A stretch of 63,952 bases of DNA, counting the filler, from Thraustochytrium aureum (Eukaryota), in NCBI GenBank assembly GCA_012862495.1. It is 5 parts of 4 records of this genome, joined end to end, with 100 filler letters (N's around TTAATTAATTAA, not from the genome) between each part and the next. Parts side by side here need not be neighbours in the genome. Positions count along the whole stretch, not along the records: positions 26,652 to 55,606 come from BLSG01000343.1; 4 more parts are not named here. One strand, given 5' to 3'. Within the stretch, counting starts at the first letter, position 1, and every line of letters begins with the position of its first letter. The translations under genes and the position numbers were made by a program. Positions 34,265 through 46,633 of the stretch are shown piece after piece. The notes below the pieces were generated by a model. The model saw only the letters and a program-made list of their open reading frames with translations. It was not told the DNA's origin and ran no database searches.

Positions 34265-37200
34265 CTAAGCTGCGCCAGAGCCGCTCAGGTTGCTCGATGC
34301 CCTCGCACAGAGCGCAGAGGCGATAACCGCAACTTGCTGCTCCGGCGGCTGGACCAGGTCGCCGTAGGCCTGCTGGACGAGGTCGCTGTAGCGCTTGTAA
34401 TCGGCGGTGAAGCGGTTCCGCAAGGCCTCCATAATTAACACGAGGACCGACGGGTTGGCTACGGCGTGGTCCCGGATCGAGCTGCACATCGAAGTCAGGG
34501 TCGACTGGAGCTCGACCTCCGAGAGGCTCTTGAGGGTCGCGGCGAGCTCGGCGCGTGGAATGTGGATTCCAAGGTCTGGGACCGTCACTGTGCCAGACAC
34601 GAGCGCCGTTGCGCGATCAAGGAAGGAGTACAAATCTGGGAAGCCGTCTCGGAGGAGCGTGGAGAGCAGGTTGTCCAGCGCCTGGTCGCGCAGCCGCTTG
34701 GCGCGCTGGTGCTGGCGGTCCAGCGCCGTCCCGCCACGCGGCGGCTCCATCGTCACGGAAAAGAAGTGGTAGTTGTCGATGCGCACAAGGTCGGGCAATC
34801 CGGACCTCGCGGCGTGCGGCACGGCAACAGTCTCGACCCAGTCAAACGCAGCTGCGACGACACGCTGCAAGCCTTGCCCCACGACGCTACGAGCAAAGGT
34901 GGGCGTCGTGGAGATGGGCGCCTCGCCAGGGGTCGCGTCCGCCACGGCGCAGTCCCAGAGCGCGACGACCTGGTCGACGAACCGTGGCAGCTTGCGGAAC
35001 GGAGCTGCGACAGGGTTGGCGCGCAGGTCGGGGCGCGTCGCGCCTAGCGTCTGTANNNNNNNNNNNNNNNNNNNNNNNNNNNNNNNNNNNNNNNNNNNNN
35101 NNNNNNNNNNNNNNNNNNNNNNNNNNNNNNNNNNNNNNNNNNNNNNNNNNNNNNNNNNNNNNNNNNNNNNNCGCGTCGCGCCTAGCGTCTGTATCTGGTC
35201 CTCGATGGACCTGTTGAAGGCGGCCCGCAACTTGGCCACTACGCTCTGCGGGCCATGTGCGAGGAGCTCGCGGAGCAAGTGCGAGTCCGCTCCGTAGGAA
35301 ATCGCGCGCGTCTCGACGTGCGCAGACATGAGGATCACCTGGGAGATGTCGCCAGCCGACGTGTCAATAAGGCGCACGAGCCCGCCGAGCAGGTCGCCCT
35401 TGCGCACAAAAATCTCGTTGAGCGTGGACTCGCGCCCGAGCATGGCTTCGTCGTCGTCCTGAGCAGGCTCGCCAAGAATGCTGGCCAGCGAGGTGAGGGA
35501 GGTGGTCGACACGGGCATCGCGCCAGCGAGGCCCCAAAAGGCCGTCTCCAGGAACGACTGTTCGTCGAGCACGAGCGGCGCAATTTGGTCGAGGCAGTGG
35601 GCGAGCACGGTTGCCCCAGACAGAGAGGCGGCGGCCAGGTTGCCGGTCTGCGCTCTGGCGAGATGGATTTCCTGTTGCGCATTGCCGGGCAGCGCGTCGG
35701 GCACCGAGTCCAGTCTGTACGCTTCGGGGGGCACGCCATGGCCGGTGCCGGCGCGCTGCTGCTGGTGCTCGAAGCTGGCTATGGCGCGGCGCCGGTTGGT
35801 GACAGAATCGAAAAAGTCAGCGAGCACGTCGCCGTAGGCGCCACCAATGTGCGTGACGTACACGGCGAGCACCTTGGTCAGCCCCTCGTGGTCGAGCTGG
35901 CGCAGGGCGCGCACGAGCGCGCCGTAGGGGTGCAGGTGCTCGTGCATTGTTTGGCGGCGGCGCAAGAGCGGCAAGCCCGAAGGGCCCGGGGCCATGGAGG
36001 CCGCTTCGGCCCGGAACGCTTCCGCAATATCTTTGATTCGAAAGGTGACGAAGCCATGTACCTGCGAGCAGAATCGCTCAATGAGGCCTGCGAGCTCGTC
36101 GATCCTCTCGCGCACCGCGGCGAGGAACGCCTCTTCCGGGAAGAGCGAGTCGGCGGCGCTCGCTTTGGCGTCTTGCTCTGCCGCCAGGCGCGGGTTGGCT
36201 GCCGACCCGCTGGCGGCGTCGAGCTTGGCGCGCAGGTGAGCCCGTCCCGTGAAGGCGAGCTCCAGCTCGCGGCCAGTACACGCGAGGCGCTCGAGAGCCG
36301 GCATGGCCCCTTCGGGGACGGGCTGGCCAAGCTCGACTTGCTGCGCGACCTGGCTGCGCAGGATGGACTCGAGGTCGGTGAGCACGGCCATGGCCTCGCG
36401 CGTGAGCGAGTAGTGCGACAGCAGGCGAGCGAGGTGGACGCGCAGGGCGTCGTGGTTGTTGGCTTGGACCTGGAGCCGGTTGTTTTCGTGCTCGATCTTG
36501 TGAATGTCTTTGCGCATGGTGCGCAGTTCGTGGTTGTAGTTTGCCATCCACAAGTCCATGCCGTCGAGCTCGTTGTAAACGGCGTCGAGCTGGTCGACCA
36601 GGGTTGCGATCGGGTCGGCGCCCTCGACCTGTTCCCGCGTCTCCCACTGGCGGAGCGTGTCGCCCGTTTCGTCCTCGAGGGCCTGTATCCGCGAGGCGAG
36701 CTTGTCGACGAGCTCGCCTGCGCCGTTTTCGAGCAGGCCTTCGGCGGCCAAGACGTTGAACAGTTCCTCCTGCTCTTGGCGATTGAGGAGTTCGGTGCTC
36801 GACCGCTTGCTCGGCGCGCCGGCGTTGCCCAATGAGCTGGCGCGCGAGCGCGAGGAGCCCAGGCTCTCGGTGTCCGAGTCGGAGAGCTCTGAAGCGGTGT
36901 CCAGGTCGTCCGTGGCGGGGTCGCCGGGCAAGTTGCCTCGCGGAGAGCGCGAGTCTGCGAGGAAGGGGCAGCGCTGAGCGAACCGCGCGTCCAGGGCTTG
37001 CAGGCGCAGCTCGGTGAGGTTAAAGTTGGGCATGCTGGGCGTGAAGCCAAACATGCGTTCGCACAGTTGCATGAGCGTGAAGGCGACGAGGGCTTTCTCT
37101 TCTGCAGAGCCGAGCAAAACGCAGATGGACGTCTTGCCCTGGATCCCTGCTGCGAGCTCGATTTTCAACGCGGCTGGGTGGCTGGCCAGGGCGTTGGGGA

Positions 37201-37663
37201 AGGGCATCATGGGCTCCGCATCGAGGACGCGGAGTTGGTGCACCGGGCTAGAGGAGCGCACGGACCATCGCTCGAGGTTGACGAGGTGAAGGTTGAGGCT
37301 GTCGCGTCGCGCATCGCGGCTCTTGGAGACGACAAGGATTTGCTTGGTTGTCTCCGCGGCGGAGCGAGCGCCCCTGCGCGGCTTGAGGGCCTTTGCCAGG
37401 AAAACGACCTGCTCGCTGGCTTGGTCGCCGCCAAGCAAGCCGTCTTGCTGCACTTTCATCAAGATGGTGTGCTCCGACTCGCTCCACCAGTCCGCGGAGC
37501 TGGCCAGCTCGCCGTTGCCGTCGCCGCTGGACCCCAGGCTCGACAAGCTGGACCTCCTCTTCAGCACTTTGCCGCCGGCCTGCAGCCGTCTGCTCAGCAG
37601 CGCAGAGCCTTGCCGCAGGAACCGCTTGCCGCCTCCGCGCCCGCTCCCGTCCGCCGCCGACAT
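34265..37663 (-). CDS. SEC3: Exocyst complex component Sec3/EXOC1
   Basis: N-terminal PH-like region, coiled coil ELDGMDLWMANYNHELRTMRKDIHKIEHENNRLQVQANNHDAL, C-terminal VRIDNYHFF and YKRYSDLVQQAY. Confidence 0.88.
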   Translation of the reverse strand: MSAADGSGRGGGKRFLRQGSALLSRRLQAGGKVLKRRSSLSSLGSSGDGNGELASSADWWSESEHTILMKVQQDGLLGGDQASEQVVFLAKALKPRRGARSAAETTKQILVVSKSRDARRDSLNLHLVNLERWSVRSSSPVHQLRVLDAEPMMPFPNALASHPAALKIELAAGIQGKTSICVLLGSAEEKALVAFTLMQLCERMFGFTPSMPNFNLTELRLQALDARFAQRCPFLADSRSPRGNLPGDPATDDLDTASELSDSDTESLGSSRSRASSLGNAGAPSKRSSTELLNRQEQEELFNVLAAEGLLENGAGELVDKLASRIQALEDETGDTLRQWETREQVEGADPIATLVDQLDAVYNELDGMDLWMANYNHELRTMRKDIHKIEHENNRLQVQANNHDALRVHLARLLSHYSLTREAMAVLTDLESILRSQVAQQVELGQPVPEGAMPALERLACTGRELELAFTGRAHLRAKLDAASGSAANPRLAAEQDAKASAADSLFPEEAFLAAVRERIDELAGLIERFCSQVHGFVTFRIKDIAEAFRAEAASMAPGPSGLPLLRRRQTMHEHLHPYGALVRALRQLDHEGLTKVLAVYVTHIGGAYGDVLADFFDSVTNRRRAIASFEHQQQRAGTGHGVPPEAYRLDSVPDALPGNAQQEIHLARAQTGNLAAASLSGATVLAHCLDQIAPLVLDEQSFLETAFWGLAGAMPVSTTSLTSLASILGEPAQDDDEAMLGRESTLNEIFVRKGDLLGGLVRLIDTSAGDISQVILMSAHVETRAISYGADSHLLRELLAHGPQSVVAKLRAAFNRSIEDQIQTLGATXXXXXXXXXXXXXXXXXXXXXXXXXXXXXXXXXXXXXXXXQTLGATRPDLRANPVAAPFRKLPRFVDQVVALWDCAVADATPGEAPISTTPTFARSVVGQGLQRVVAAAFDWVETVAVPHAARSGLPDLVRIDNYHFFSVTMEPPRGGTALDRQHQRAKRLRDQALDNLLSTLLRDGFPDLYSFLDRATALVSGTVTVPDLGIHIPRAELAATLKSLSEVELQSTLTSMCSSIRDHAVANPSVLVLIMEALRNRFTADYKRYSDLVQQAYGDLVQPPEQQVAVIASALCARASSNLSGSGAA

Positions 37664-39069
37664 CCCTGCCGGTCCCGCCCGCCAGCCGCGTCCAGCCGCC
37701 CCGCCCGCGCCGCGCTCCTGCAGGGTGGACGCTGCCTTGGCGAACGGGGCGACCTGCTGCGACGAACAAGCCGAGTTCGTTCACGCGCGCTCATGCAAGA
37801 CGCGACGATGTTTCGCGAAACGGCTTCGGCCTCGCACGGCCGCGCTGGCTGGCTGGCTGGCCTGGCAGCTGGCAGCTGGCCTGGCAGCTGGCAGCTGGCC
37901 TGGCCTGGCAGCTGGCCTGGCGGCCCGCTGGTTCGTGGGCCTGCTGGTTTTTCGTGGGCTCGTTGGTTGGTGCGATCTACGGTTCGCGATCTTTCGGGGC
38001 GGGAGGCACTCGGTTCGGGATGCGGAGGTCTCGGCGGGCGATCTCCGCGGCGCATCGACAGGAGCCGAGCGGAGCGGCTCGGACGAGCTGCTCCGTTGAT
38101 TCTCGTCTCGAGATCCACTCGGGATCGATCTTGTGTCGCGTGTTCTTCTTTTCTTCTTCCATCAGCGTAACCGTTTACAAGAAGCGATTTCTCGAATTCT
38201 CTCGAGCGGATCTGCAAAATGGACCCAACATAGCGNNNNNNNNNNNNNNNNNNNNNNNNNNNNNNNNNNNNNNNNNNNNNNNNNNNNNNNNNNNNNNNNN
38301 NNNNNNNNNNNNNNNNNNNNNNNNNNNNNNNNNNNNNNNNNNNNNNNNNNNNNNNNNNNNNNNNNNNNNNNNNNNNNNNNNNNNNNNNNNNNNNNNNNNN
38401 NNNNNNNNNNNNNNNNNNNNNNNNNNNNNNNNNNNNNNNNNNNNNNNNNNNNNNNNNNNNNNNNNNNNNNNNNNNNNNNNNNNNNNNNNNNNNNNNNNNN
38501 NNNNNNNNNNNNNNNNNNNNNNNNNNNNNNNNNNNNNNNNNNNNNNNNNNNNNNNNNNNNNNNNNNNNNNNNNNNNNNNNNNNNNNNNNNNNNNNNNNNN
38601 NNNNNNNNNNNNNNNNNNNNNNNNNNNNNNNNNNNNNNNNNNNNNNNNNNNNNNNNNNNNNNNNNNNNNNNNNNNNNNNNNNNNNNNNNNNNNNNNNNNN
38701 NNNNNNNNNNNNNNNNNNNNNNNNNNNNNNNNNNNNNNNNNNNNNNNNNNNNNNNNNNNNNNNNNNNNNNNNNNNNNNNNNNNNNNNNNNNNNNNNNNNN
38801 NNNNNNNNNNNNNNNNNNNNNNNNNNNNNNNNNNNNNNNNNNNNNNNNNNNNNNNNNNNNNNNNNNNNNNNNNNNNNNNNNNNNNNNNNNNNNNNNNNNN
38901 NNNNNNNNNNNNNNNNNNNNNNNNNNNNNNNNNNNNNNNNNNNNNNNNNNNNNNNNNNNNNNNNNNNNNNNNNNNNNNNNNNNNNNNNNNNNNNATTTTA
39001 TTCATCTGCGTGAGGCTAGCTAGAGGTAGATCATGCCTTAGGCCTCCTGCAACCAAATGGGAATGTCGA

Positions 39070-39140
39070 GTCCTAGTGGTTTAGTGGTAAAATCCAACGT
39101 TGCCAACGTTGGGCCCCGGGTTCGATTCCCGGCTGGGACA
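39070..39140 (+). tRNA. tRNA-Gly (GCC)
   Basis: Cloverleaf: acceptor GTCCTAG/CTGGGAC, A-box TGGTTTAGTGG, anticodon arm CAACG-TTGCCAA-CGTTG, B-box GTTCGATTC; followed by T-runs (Pol III terminator). Confidence 0.96.
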
Positions 39141-39879
39141 TTTCTTTTTGCCTTTTTTTTCTTCGTTCCAGAAGACGTGGACGACAGGAGTGGACCGAAA
39201 ACGGCGCTAGCTTCAGCCCCGGCGACCCCGACTCCGACTGGCCGAATTCCTGAAGGGCAACGCAAACAATCCGTCAAAACACTCCGTCCGAACAATCCGT
39301 CCGAACTATCCGGGGAGAGCTGCACGAAACCTCCCCGACAAAAAAAACTCAGGTTACGCGTCAGCGCTGCTGAAACGCCAGGAGTTCGGCGTAGCGGAGG
39401 ACTTTGCAACAGCAACCACGCATGCATCGCAGGCGATTTTCGAGGTATTCCGACTTGCCGACGCGGTCAATACGCGGGCCATCCCTCGGATTGACATGTG
39501 TGCACGGGAACAATGAAAGCACTGAAAGCTTGCTGCCTCAGCTCGTGTGGTGTGATGCGCAGCCTGGGCCGAGCCGCGTCGCACGTAGTGTTGCACTTGC
39601 GCGCCAGTGCGCGTGTCGCGTGAGTTGCTTGTGCTCGGCGCGAAGGAAAAGTCTGCGAAGCAGGATGTGGTGGGAATCGATGACAGAGTTGGAAGAATAG
39701 GTACCAGTTTGGGAATTTACCAGAAGTAAGCACTGAGTAATGTATGTCGAAGTGGTGTCGCTTTTACGGGCAACAGCAGCCTCCGGACTATCGAATGGGG
39801 AGGAGTAAAATTCAGCGATTGCAGGATCCAGATCAAGAGCAGGGCACAGAGTTTGAACAAAATACACGCTCGCGCCTCC

Positions 39880-40873
39880 TCAGGGGGACGAACACGAGAC
39901 AGAGGCAGCGTCTTCGGTCTTGACACTGCCCGGGCAGGACGGCGCTGACGCTTCCGTGGGGCCGATGCAAGCCCCACTTGCCTTCCAGCCATCCTCACTC
40001 ATCTCGCGCTGCTTGTCGCTAATAGCCTTGGCGGCCTCTTCCTCCGAAAAGAAGGTGCCGAGGTACTGGACTTTGCCAAGCTCTGGGATCCACACGCGGG
40101 CGATCCACTTGCGGTCGCGCTTGTGCCAGGTGACGCCCTTGTACTTTGACGTAAACTCCGCCTTCTTCTTCTTCTTCAAGGCGGGCGACTCGAGTTCCTC
40201 GTCGTCGCGCGTCCGCTTGCCCAACGAGCTCATCACACCGAGGCCATATGCAGGGCCCAGCTGCTTTTGCTGCTGCTGCTGCTGCTGAAGGGCTAAGAGC
40301 TGCACAACTGGGATCGTAGTGAGGCCTCCTGTGTGGGTCCACGGCAGCCCTGGTTCGGCCGGCGCTGACGGCGCTTGAAGCTGCTGCTGCTGCTGCTGCT
40401 GTTGTTGAGCTTGGAGAAAGGAAGCAAATTGCTGCGTCTGCTGAACCTGCTGCAAGAGCCATTGTTGCTTTTGCTGGTTTTGCAGTTGCTGCTGCTCGAG
40501 GATCGATGGCGATAGAGGGGCGTTGGTTCCACCAAGCAGGTACGACGCTTGCTGGCTTGATGCAATGTTGACCGGCGACGGCCCTGGCGCTTGCGATTCA
40601 CGGCCTGGCTCTGAAGCGAGGAGCAGCGAGGGGACCTGCTTGGCGGCAGAAAAGGGAGCCGAGGCCGAAGACTTGGAGAGAAGCTGAGCCAGCATGCTCT
40701 GCGCGGCAGTCGGGGAGCTCAGGTGCGCGATTTCTCCAGCCCGCTGCTCCTGAAAATTCGGCATCAAGCTGTTCTGGTGTGACAAACCGGCGGCCGGAGC
40801 CGCCCTCAAACCGTACAGGAAATCCAGGGTTGACGAGGAGCCAAGCCCCACGGGCTGCATGAACTGCGGCTGT

Positions 40874-40907
<34 letters not shown>

Positions 40908-40997
40908 GCACGAGCAGCTGCTGCTGCTGGCGCTGCTGCTCAGCCGCAAGCCAGCCCCCTGGTACCGCTCAAATCCGGGGATCTGCACCGTGCTCAT
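39880..40997 (-). CDS. AP2/ERF-domain transcription factor with Q-rich regions; probable frameshift near the 5' end
   Basis: SKYKGVTWHKRDRKWIARVWIPELGKVQYLGTFFSEEEAAKA; NLS KKKKK; candidate ATG at 40997. Confidence 0.9.
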
Positions 40998-43182
40998 CTT
41001 GTGCCAAGGCGGCCCTGCGCCTTCTGACGAGGGAGATCGCACGCCGTCTCGACCCCTGCTCCTCGACGCGCGTTCACTCGCCCACGCGGCCTCTGCGACT
41101 CTGGCACTCTTCTCAGCTCGTCGTCGAGGGGGGAAGTTTGGTGTCTGGTTGACGCCCGCACGCAGGTAACCATCGCCGGTAAACCACATGGAACAGCGCA
41201 TTGCAAGAACCTCTGAGCGAGAGCGAATCCCCCCCCCAGGGCCCCGCTGGGCTGAGACTCAGGCGACCAGTGCAACTTGTTGCACCTGCTCGAATCCCCG
41301 TTCCCCGCCTCCTACATCCTCTTCCCGAAAGGTCTTGACAGGGTACTTTTTTGGGTCCTTGCAACCTACGGCTTCCGTCACTTGGAGCGGCGCTTGAAAC
41401 ACCTAATGTGAGGCGCCTGCTTCTGGCTGCTTGTCAATCCCAGCAGGCAACGGCTCAAAGCAGGGGCGCAACATGCCAAGCCAGCAGGGTGGAGGCTGGA
41501 GTTTGCTCTCGAGATGCTGGACAAGTCTACCTGCTGGGGGCCCCGTCCGCCACTCCGCAGTCAACTCGTGAAGAACGACCACAAACCTCAGAACCTCAGA
41601 GCATGTGCTGCGAAAGCTGCAGCAGAATCCCGCTCACACTCTCCCGCAGCGGATGCGCCGAGCGGTCTTGGTGCAGTTTCGTGGTAGGAGCAAGCAGGAT
41701 AGGAGTCACCGCTCGCGAGGGAACGAGGAGGCGGCGAAAGGCCCCGCGCAGCCGCCTAGGAGAGTGCGCGGTACTGCGACCGGACAGCTGCGGCCTGGCT
41801 CGCGCGGCCACGTCGCTTCGCACTGCGGCGACACCGCACACCATGGTTTTCTTTCCTCCTCGGCGCGCGGCGGGCGTGCGAGCAAGTGGCAGGCGCTCGA
41901 GCGTGGCCGCCTGGGCCTCCTCGCGTCCTAGCGCGTTGCAAGTGGAGGACGCGGCGTGGACGGCACCAGCACTCGCGCGCTGATGCGTGAGCGCGAGCCT
42001 GCGCCAGGCTGAGGCTGCAGGCTGCGAGGAGCGTCACGACGCTCACTCAGCGCAGAGGATCCGGCTTGGCGGCGGCGCGAGCTGCGTGCGACGCTGCCTT
42101 GCGTATGGGCCGCCGCCAACCTCATTGCCAGTCATCGAAACCTCCAGATGGATTCGGTGAGAAGATCGCCAGTCGGACGGGCGGAGGAAGGAGGGTCCAC
42201 CGTACAGCCACTGCTGCGTGGGTTCCGTTGGCTGCCAGCGCTTGCTTGCCCTTCGCCGACCGGGGCAAGGAGGCGGTCTGAATTTCTGTCTGAAAACTCG
42301 CTGCGAGTCTGTGGGGTCTGAGGGTGCCCCTTTGTTGTGAGGTATTCCGAAGGCAGGAGCTCGTGATCAGGGACACTTTGTTTTGGCTGGCGCTGGTCAA
42401 CGGGAACAGGAAAGACGCCGCTGGTTGTTGGGGCGGCTCCGAGGGAAACGGCCTCAGGTGCGAAACGAAAACGTCAAGTGTGAGAGAAATGACACGAAAA
42501 CGTCAAGTGTGAGTGGCAACTCCCCACCGCAGAAGACGCTCGGCCAGCGCAGTCGCCGACAGCTAACGCCGCTTGAGGAGTTCACGGGAAAACCGTAAGG
42601 CACGGATTGGCAGCCAACGCCGCTCTTGAGTGCGCTGTCGACAATGAACCCATTCGCAGGACGACTGCTGTCCATCACTCACGTGCCCGACATATTTTAT
42701 ACTGGTAGTGAAGCAAGGCGCAAGCAAGTCTTGAGGCCCGCTTGTTTCTTCCTTTTCAAGAAAGAGCAAGGTTTGCGAGGCCCGACTCGTGCTCGCCCGC
42801 CTGGCATCAACTTTGAAACAGGATCGATTGCCTTTCCCTTCATCTTCTGCAACATGCAGTCACATCCCCTCGTGGCGTAGGGGAGTGCTTTAGAGTACCG
42901 CCAAAGAGGGTAAGTACTCCACCACCAACCGAACGCACGCGCAGAGTGCGCCCTAACGCCGCCGCAGCCGTGCAACTGCGTATGCACATCATGCGGCTGT
43001 CGTGCAAAAGGCGGCGCACGTCCTGTGTTTCGCAATCGCAGTGACGGAATACATCAGGGTACTTGCTCCTCACTCTCACGCGTCGCCCGCTGATGGACGG
43101 AGGGAGGATCAACGAGCCCTTGCCGCCCGCCTACCTACTGACGGAGGACGGACACGGGTGCCGGCTGGCAGAGCCGGCCATT

Positions 43183-43232
43183 GCCAGCACAAGATGTTCG
43201 CCAGCACAAGATGTTCGCCAGCACAAGATGTT
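43183..43232. repeat. 17-bp tandem repeat, about 3 copies
   Basis: GCCAGCACAAGATGTTC at 43183, 43200 and 43217 (last base differs). Confidence 0.9.
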
Positions 43233-44079
43233 GATGAGTGGTCGTCGAATCTGTTCTGAATTCTGTTCGCGACGCGCCTTCCAACTGGATTCTGATGCCG
43301 TCGTTCTCTGTGGGACGCCGAAGAGTACATCGAGTGCTCCTTCTCTTTCTCAAACAACGCGACCAATCACTCATCGTTCGTCTTGGTTGGTTAGGCGTTA
43401 CACGAAGCAGCACGCCGCCCTCGCTCAAGAGGAGCGCTTTTCTGCCCGTTCACTTGCACCCTCCAATTGCACGAGAGGGCGCGCGAGCGTTCTCACAAGG
43501 CGGCTCTACGACCTCGCCGCCGACTCCCCATTGCGGCAATGTGCAGCCAACCTCAGGTCCACAAGCCGCCTCCCCCGAGAGAGCAGACGCAACCTGGATT
43601 CTTCGTTCTCAAGAAGCAGCAAACCGTGGTCGGGCCCGACGCCTCCCCTGGCAAGAGGGGCGCCTGCACACCCCTGACTGCAACTCAGCACGGTCGTTGA
43701 AACGATATCTACCCGCACCGCGGAGGGCTGCAAAGACCGCCCTCCCCTGTTGCAGCTGGCGACATCTCCGATGTCCGAGAAACAGTTGAACCCGAAACAC
43801 CCGCTCCCACACCAGCAAACGCGGCGCCCCCTTTCCAGCCCTCTCTGCAGCCGAGCGTACCGGAAGCTGAGCTTCAGGCGATGAAACCTCTGCGAAAGGG
43901 GGCAGCGCGAGGTTGTCGGCGGGCGGAGGTTCGGCACTTGCCCGAGAACCTCCTACCTTTTACCTTTCCAGCCAAATGTCGTGGGTCCTCATGTGTCTCT
44001 CACTTGGGGCCCTGAGGAAAATGAAATTGGTTCCAAGTCAGCCTTAGCTTTTTTTTCAAGGGGTACGCTTTTTTTCTGC

Positions 44080-44547
44080 GCAAGATGCTGGCCGAGTGCC
44101 CGCGACCTGCAGCAAGAGGAGCCGCGTGCAACCTCGGAGCAGAATGGCCTCCTCGGCCTTCGGAAACGCTGCTGGGAAAAGGCTGACGCTGACAAAAGCC
44201 CTGGATCGCGCAGCCACTTCTGTGGTGCCAAGGACAACCGACCGAACGCCAGCGCGAGAAACCCGAGAGTCAAGCTTGGGCCAACGTCATCCCGCGAAAG
44301 GTGCTAAAAGCTGCTGTTCTGCGCCAAGGTGTCGGGCAAGTGCAGCGACTTGCAGCAAGTGCAGCCGCGTGCATCTCGCGGATCCCCAGCCTCGGAGCAC
44401 AAAGGCCTCCTCCGCCTTGGCAAAAGCTGAGGCTGACATGCCCTGGATCGCTGCCACTTCTGCGGTGCCAAGGACAACGGGACCGAACGCCAGCGCGAGA
44501 AACCCGAAAGTCAAGCTCCGCCCTCTGTCCAATGTCATCCCGCGAAT
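44080..44547. repeat. Degenerate tandem duplication (about 230-245 bp) at the 3' end of the LCCL gene
   Basis: Shared blocks GCCCTGGATCGC, GGTGCCAAGGACAAC, GACCGAACGCCAGCGCGAGAAACCCGA and GTCATCCCGCGAA each occur twice. Confidence 0.85.
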
Positions 44548-46295
44548 AATGCCATGTACCGTTGCCGTCCGCGACGAGGTGCTCCTCCAAGAGGATTACT
44601 CCGTTCGCCGTCAACCTCGTGGCCGGCCTCAGGTTGGCCTCGGCCGCGGGGTCCGGGCCCAAGTTGATGAGACCCCTTCGGCCACTTGGACTGTGACGCG
44701 TGCCCCGCGCCGCACTCTCACCGAGCCACAGAGCCGCAAGACGCTCCGCTCCCCAAGGCTCACCTTGCGCCTCGGCGAGCGCGCGGTACTCGGTCAATAG
44801 CTCGCTGCTGCAGCCCAGGCGCTCTTGCGCGACGCTCTCGTCCACCCACGCGAGCGACAGCAGCGTCTCGTTGTTTCGGGCCGCGGCCGCCCAAAGGAGC
44901 AGCGGAGCCGGCTCGGCGGCTGCCTGCTGCTGCGCTTCCACAGGATCGAAGAATGACGCCGCGCTCCAAACGGTGACTCCGTTCACGAATGAACCGAGCA
45001 GCGCTGCTTGCCAAATGATAGAGTACCGCCACTTGGGCTGGCCCTGGAAAAAGACGACGCCAGCCAGACCCAAGAAAAAATGGTGCAGATGGAACGAGAC
45101 CAGCTCGGCACGAGCGACGGAGATCGCCAGTGCGAACGTGCCGAGCGCGGCGCAAAAGAGCGCCACGGAGGCCCCGTGCCCCGCGCGAACCAGGAGCAGG
45201 CCTTGTGCCGCGATCAGCGGGACGCCGACCGCCACGAGGATCGCAAACCCGGCGATCAGATCGGGCCGGGAAAAGACGTCTGCCGTCAGCGTAATGTCAA
45301 AGCCAAGCTCGGTCAGGTGGTCCATTCGGATCCCGATCCAGAAGGGCACAAAGTAAAACACCAAAAGGTCCACAGGGGCGCGCCGCGGGCTCGGGATTGT
45401 GACGCGCCCTGAAACCCTGTACAGCAGGTAGCTGATCGGGAGCAGCACAAAGAACAGCTTGGCCGACTGCTCGTTCACCTCGAAGATCATCGCCTGCTCG
45501 TTCAGCCACCACGTTGAAAGGTACATCCAGCCCTCCACCACGAGGAACAAGAACGCCTCGACGCCGCGCGGGCGAACGACCACCACGAAACCGGCAAACG
45601 CGATAAACGCCCAGAGGTCGATCCACGGCCGCACCGTGTTGCAGCGCGAGCTGCTCACCGCGCGAAGCTCGAACGACTTTGGGAACCACCCACTCGCCTG
45701 CGTGCTGACCGCGTTCTCTGTGCTGTTCAAGAACGCATCCTGTGGCCCTGCAAGCCGATATGCTGCACAGCCGCCGCGCGAGTGGGATATCAGCCCGGCG
45801 TGGATTGCGCTTGCGCAGACCCTGCTTGACGCCTTGTAGGGCCCAGCGCCCCAGACTTGATCAGAGTCTCCGCAGAACCGTGAGCATCGGATGGGAACCC
45901 ATGTGTCGCTCTCGAAAGGGCGGCACTGCTCGCCCAGCAGACCGCAGTCCTCCGCGTCAGCGGGTGCCAACCTCTGCCCGCACGAGACTGGTATCGGGGG
46001 GCCGAGCTCTGTCGCCGCGTTCCAGTCCAGCCAGAGGAGCGCCCAGTAGACCCCGAGCACGACTGCCGCATACGCCCACAGCACCTTGCAAGCCGCGCCC
46101 CGCCGCACGGGGCGTAGCCCCGCGGCCTGCTGCGCGCCATCCTGCTCTTGCGCACCGCCTTCCAGCTCCGCGACACGCGAAGCGCCCGCTTTCGCTGCGG
46201 CGACTTGCCCTTCGTCGTCATAGAGGCCAAATCTCGCGCTCGGTTCAAAAGCGCGACTACGGCGTCCGTGCCCCACGCCGTCTTCTCGAGCACCG
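44270..46295 (-). CDS. LCCL-domain multi-pass membrane protein, 5'-partial; C-terminal frame uncertain
   Basis: VWGAGPYKASSRVCASAIHAGLISHSRGGC LCCL motif; multiple TMs; FHLHHFFLGL. Confidence 0.85.
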
Positions 46296-46562
46296 NNNNN
46301 NNNNNNNNNNNNNNNNNNNNNNNNNNNNNNNNNNNNNNNNNNNNNNNNNNNNNNNNNNNNNNNNNNNNNNNNNNNNNNNNNNNNNNNNNNNNNNNNNNNN
46401 NNNNNNNNNNNNNNNNNNNNNNNNNNNNNNNNNNNNNNNNNNNNNNNNNNNNNNNNNNNNNNNNNNNNNNNNNNNNNNNNNNNNNNNNNNNNNNNNNNNN
46501 NNNNNNNNNNNNNNNNNNNNNNNNNNNNNNNNNNNNNNNNNNNNNNNNNNNNNNNNNNNNNN

Positions 46563-46633
46563 TGTCCCAGCCGGGAATCGAACCCGGGGCCCAACGTTGG
46601 CAACGTTGGATTTTACCACTAAACCACTAGGAC
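46563..46633 (-). tRNA. tRNA-Gly (GCC), identical second copy
   Basis: Exact reverse complement of 39070-39140. Confidence 0.96.
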
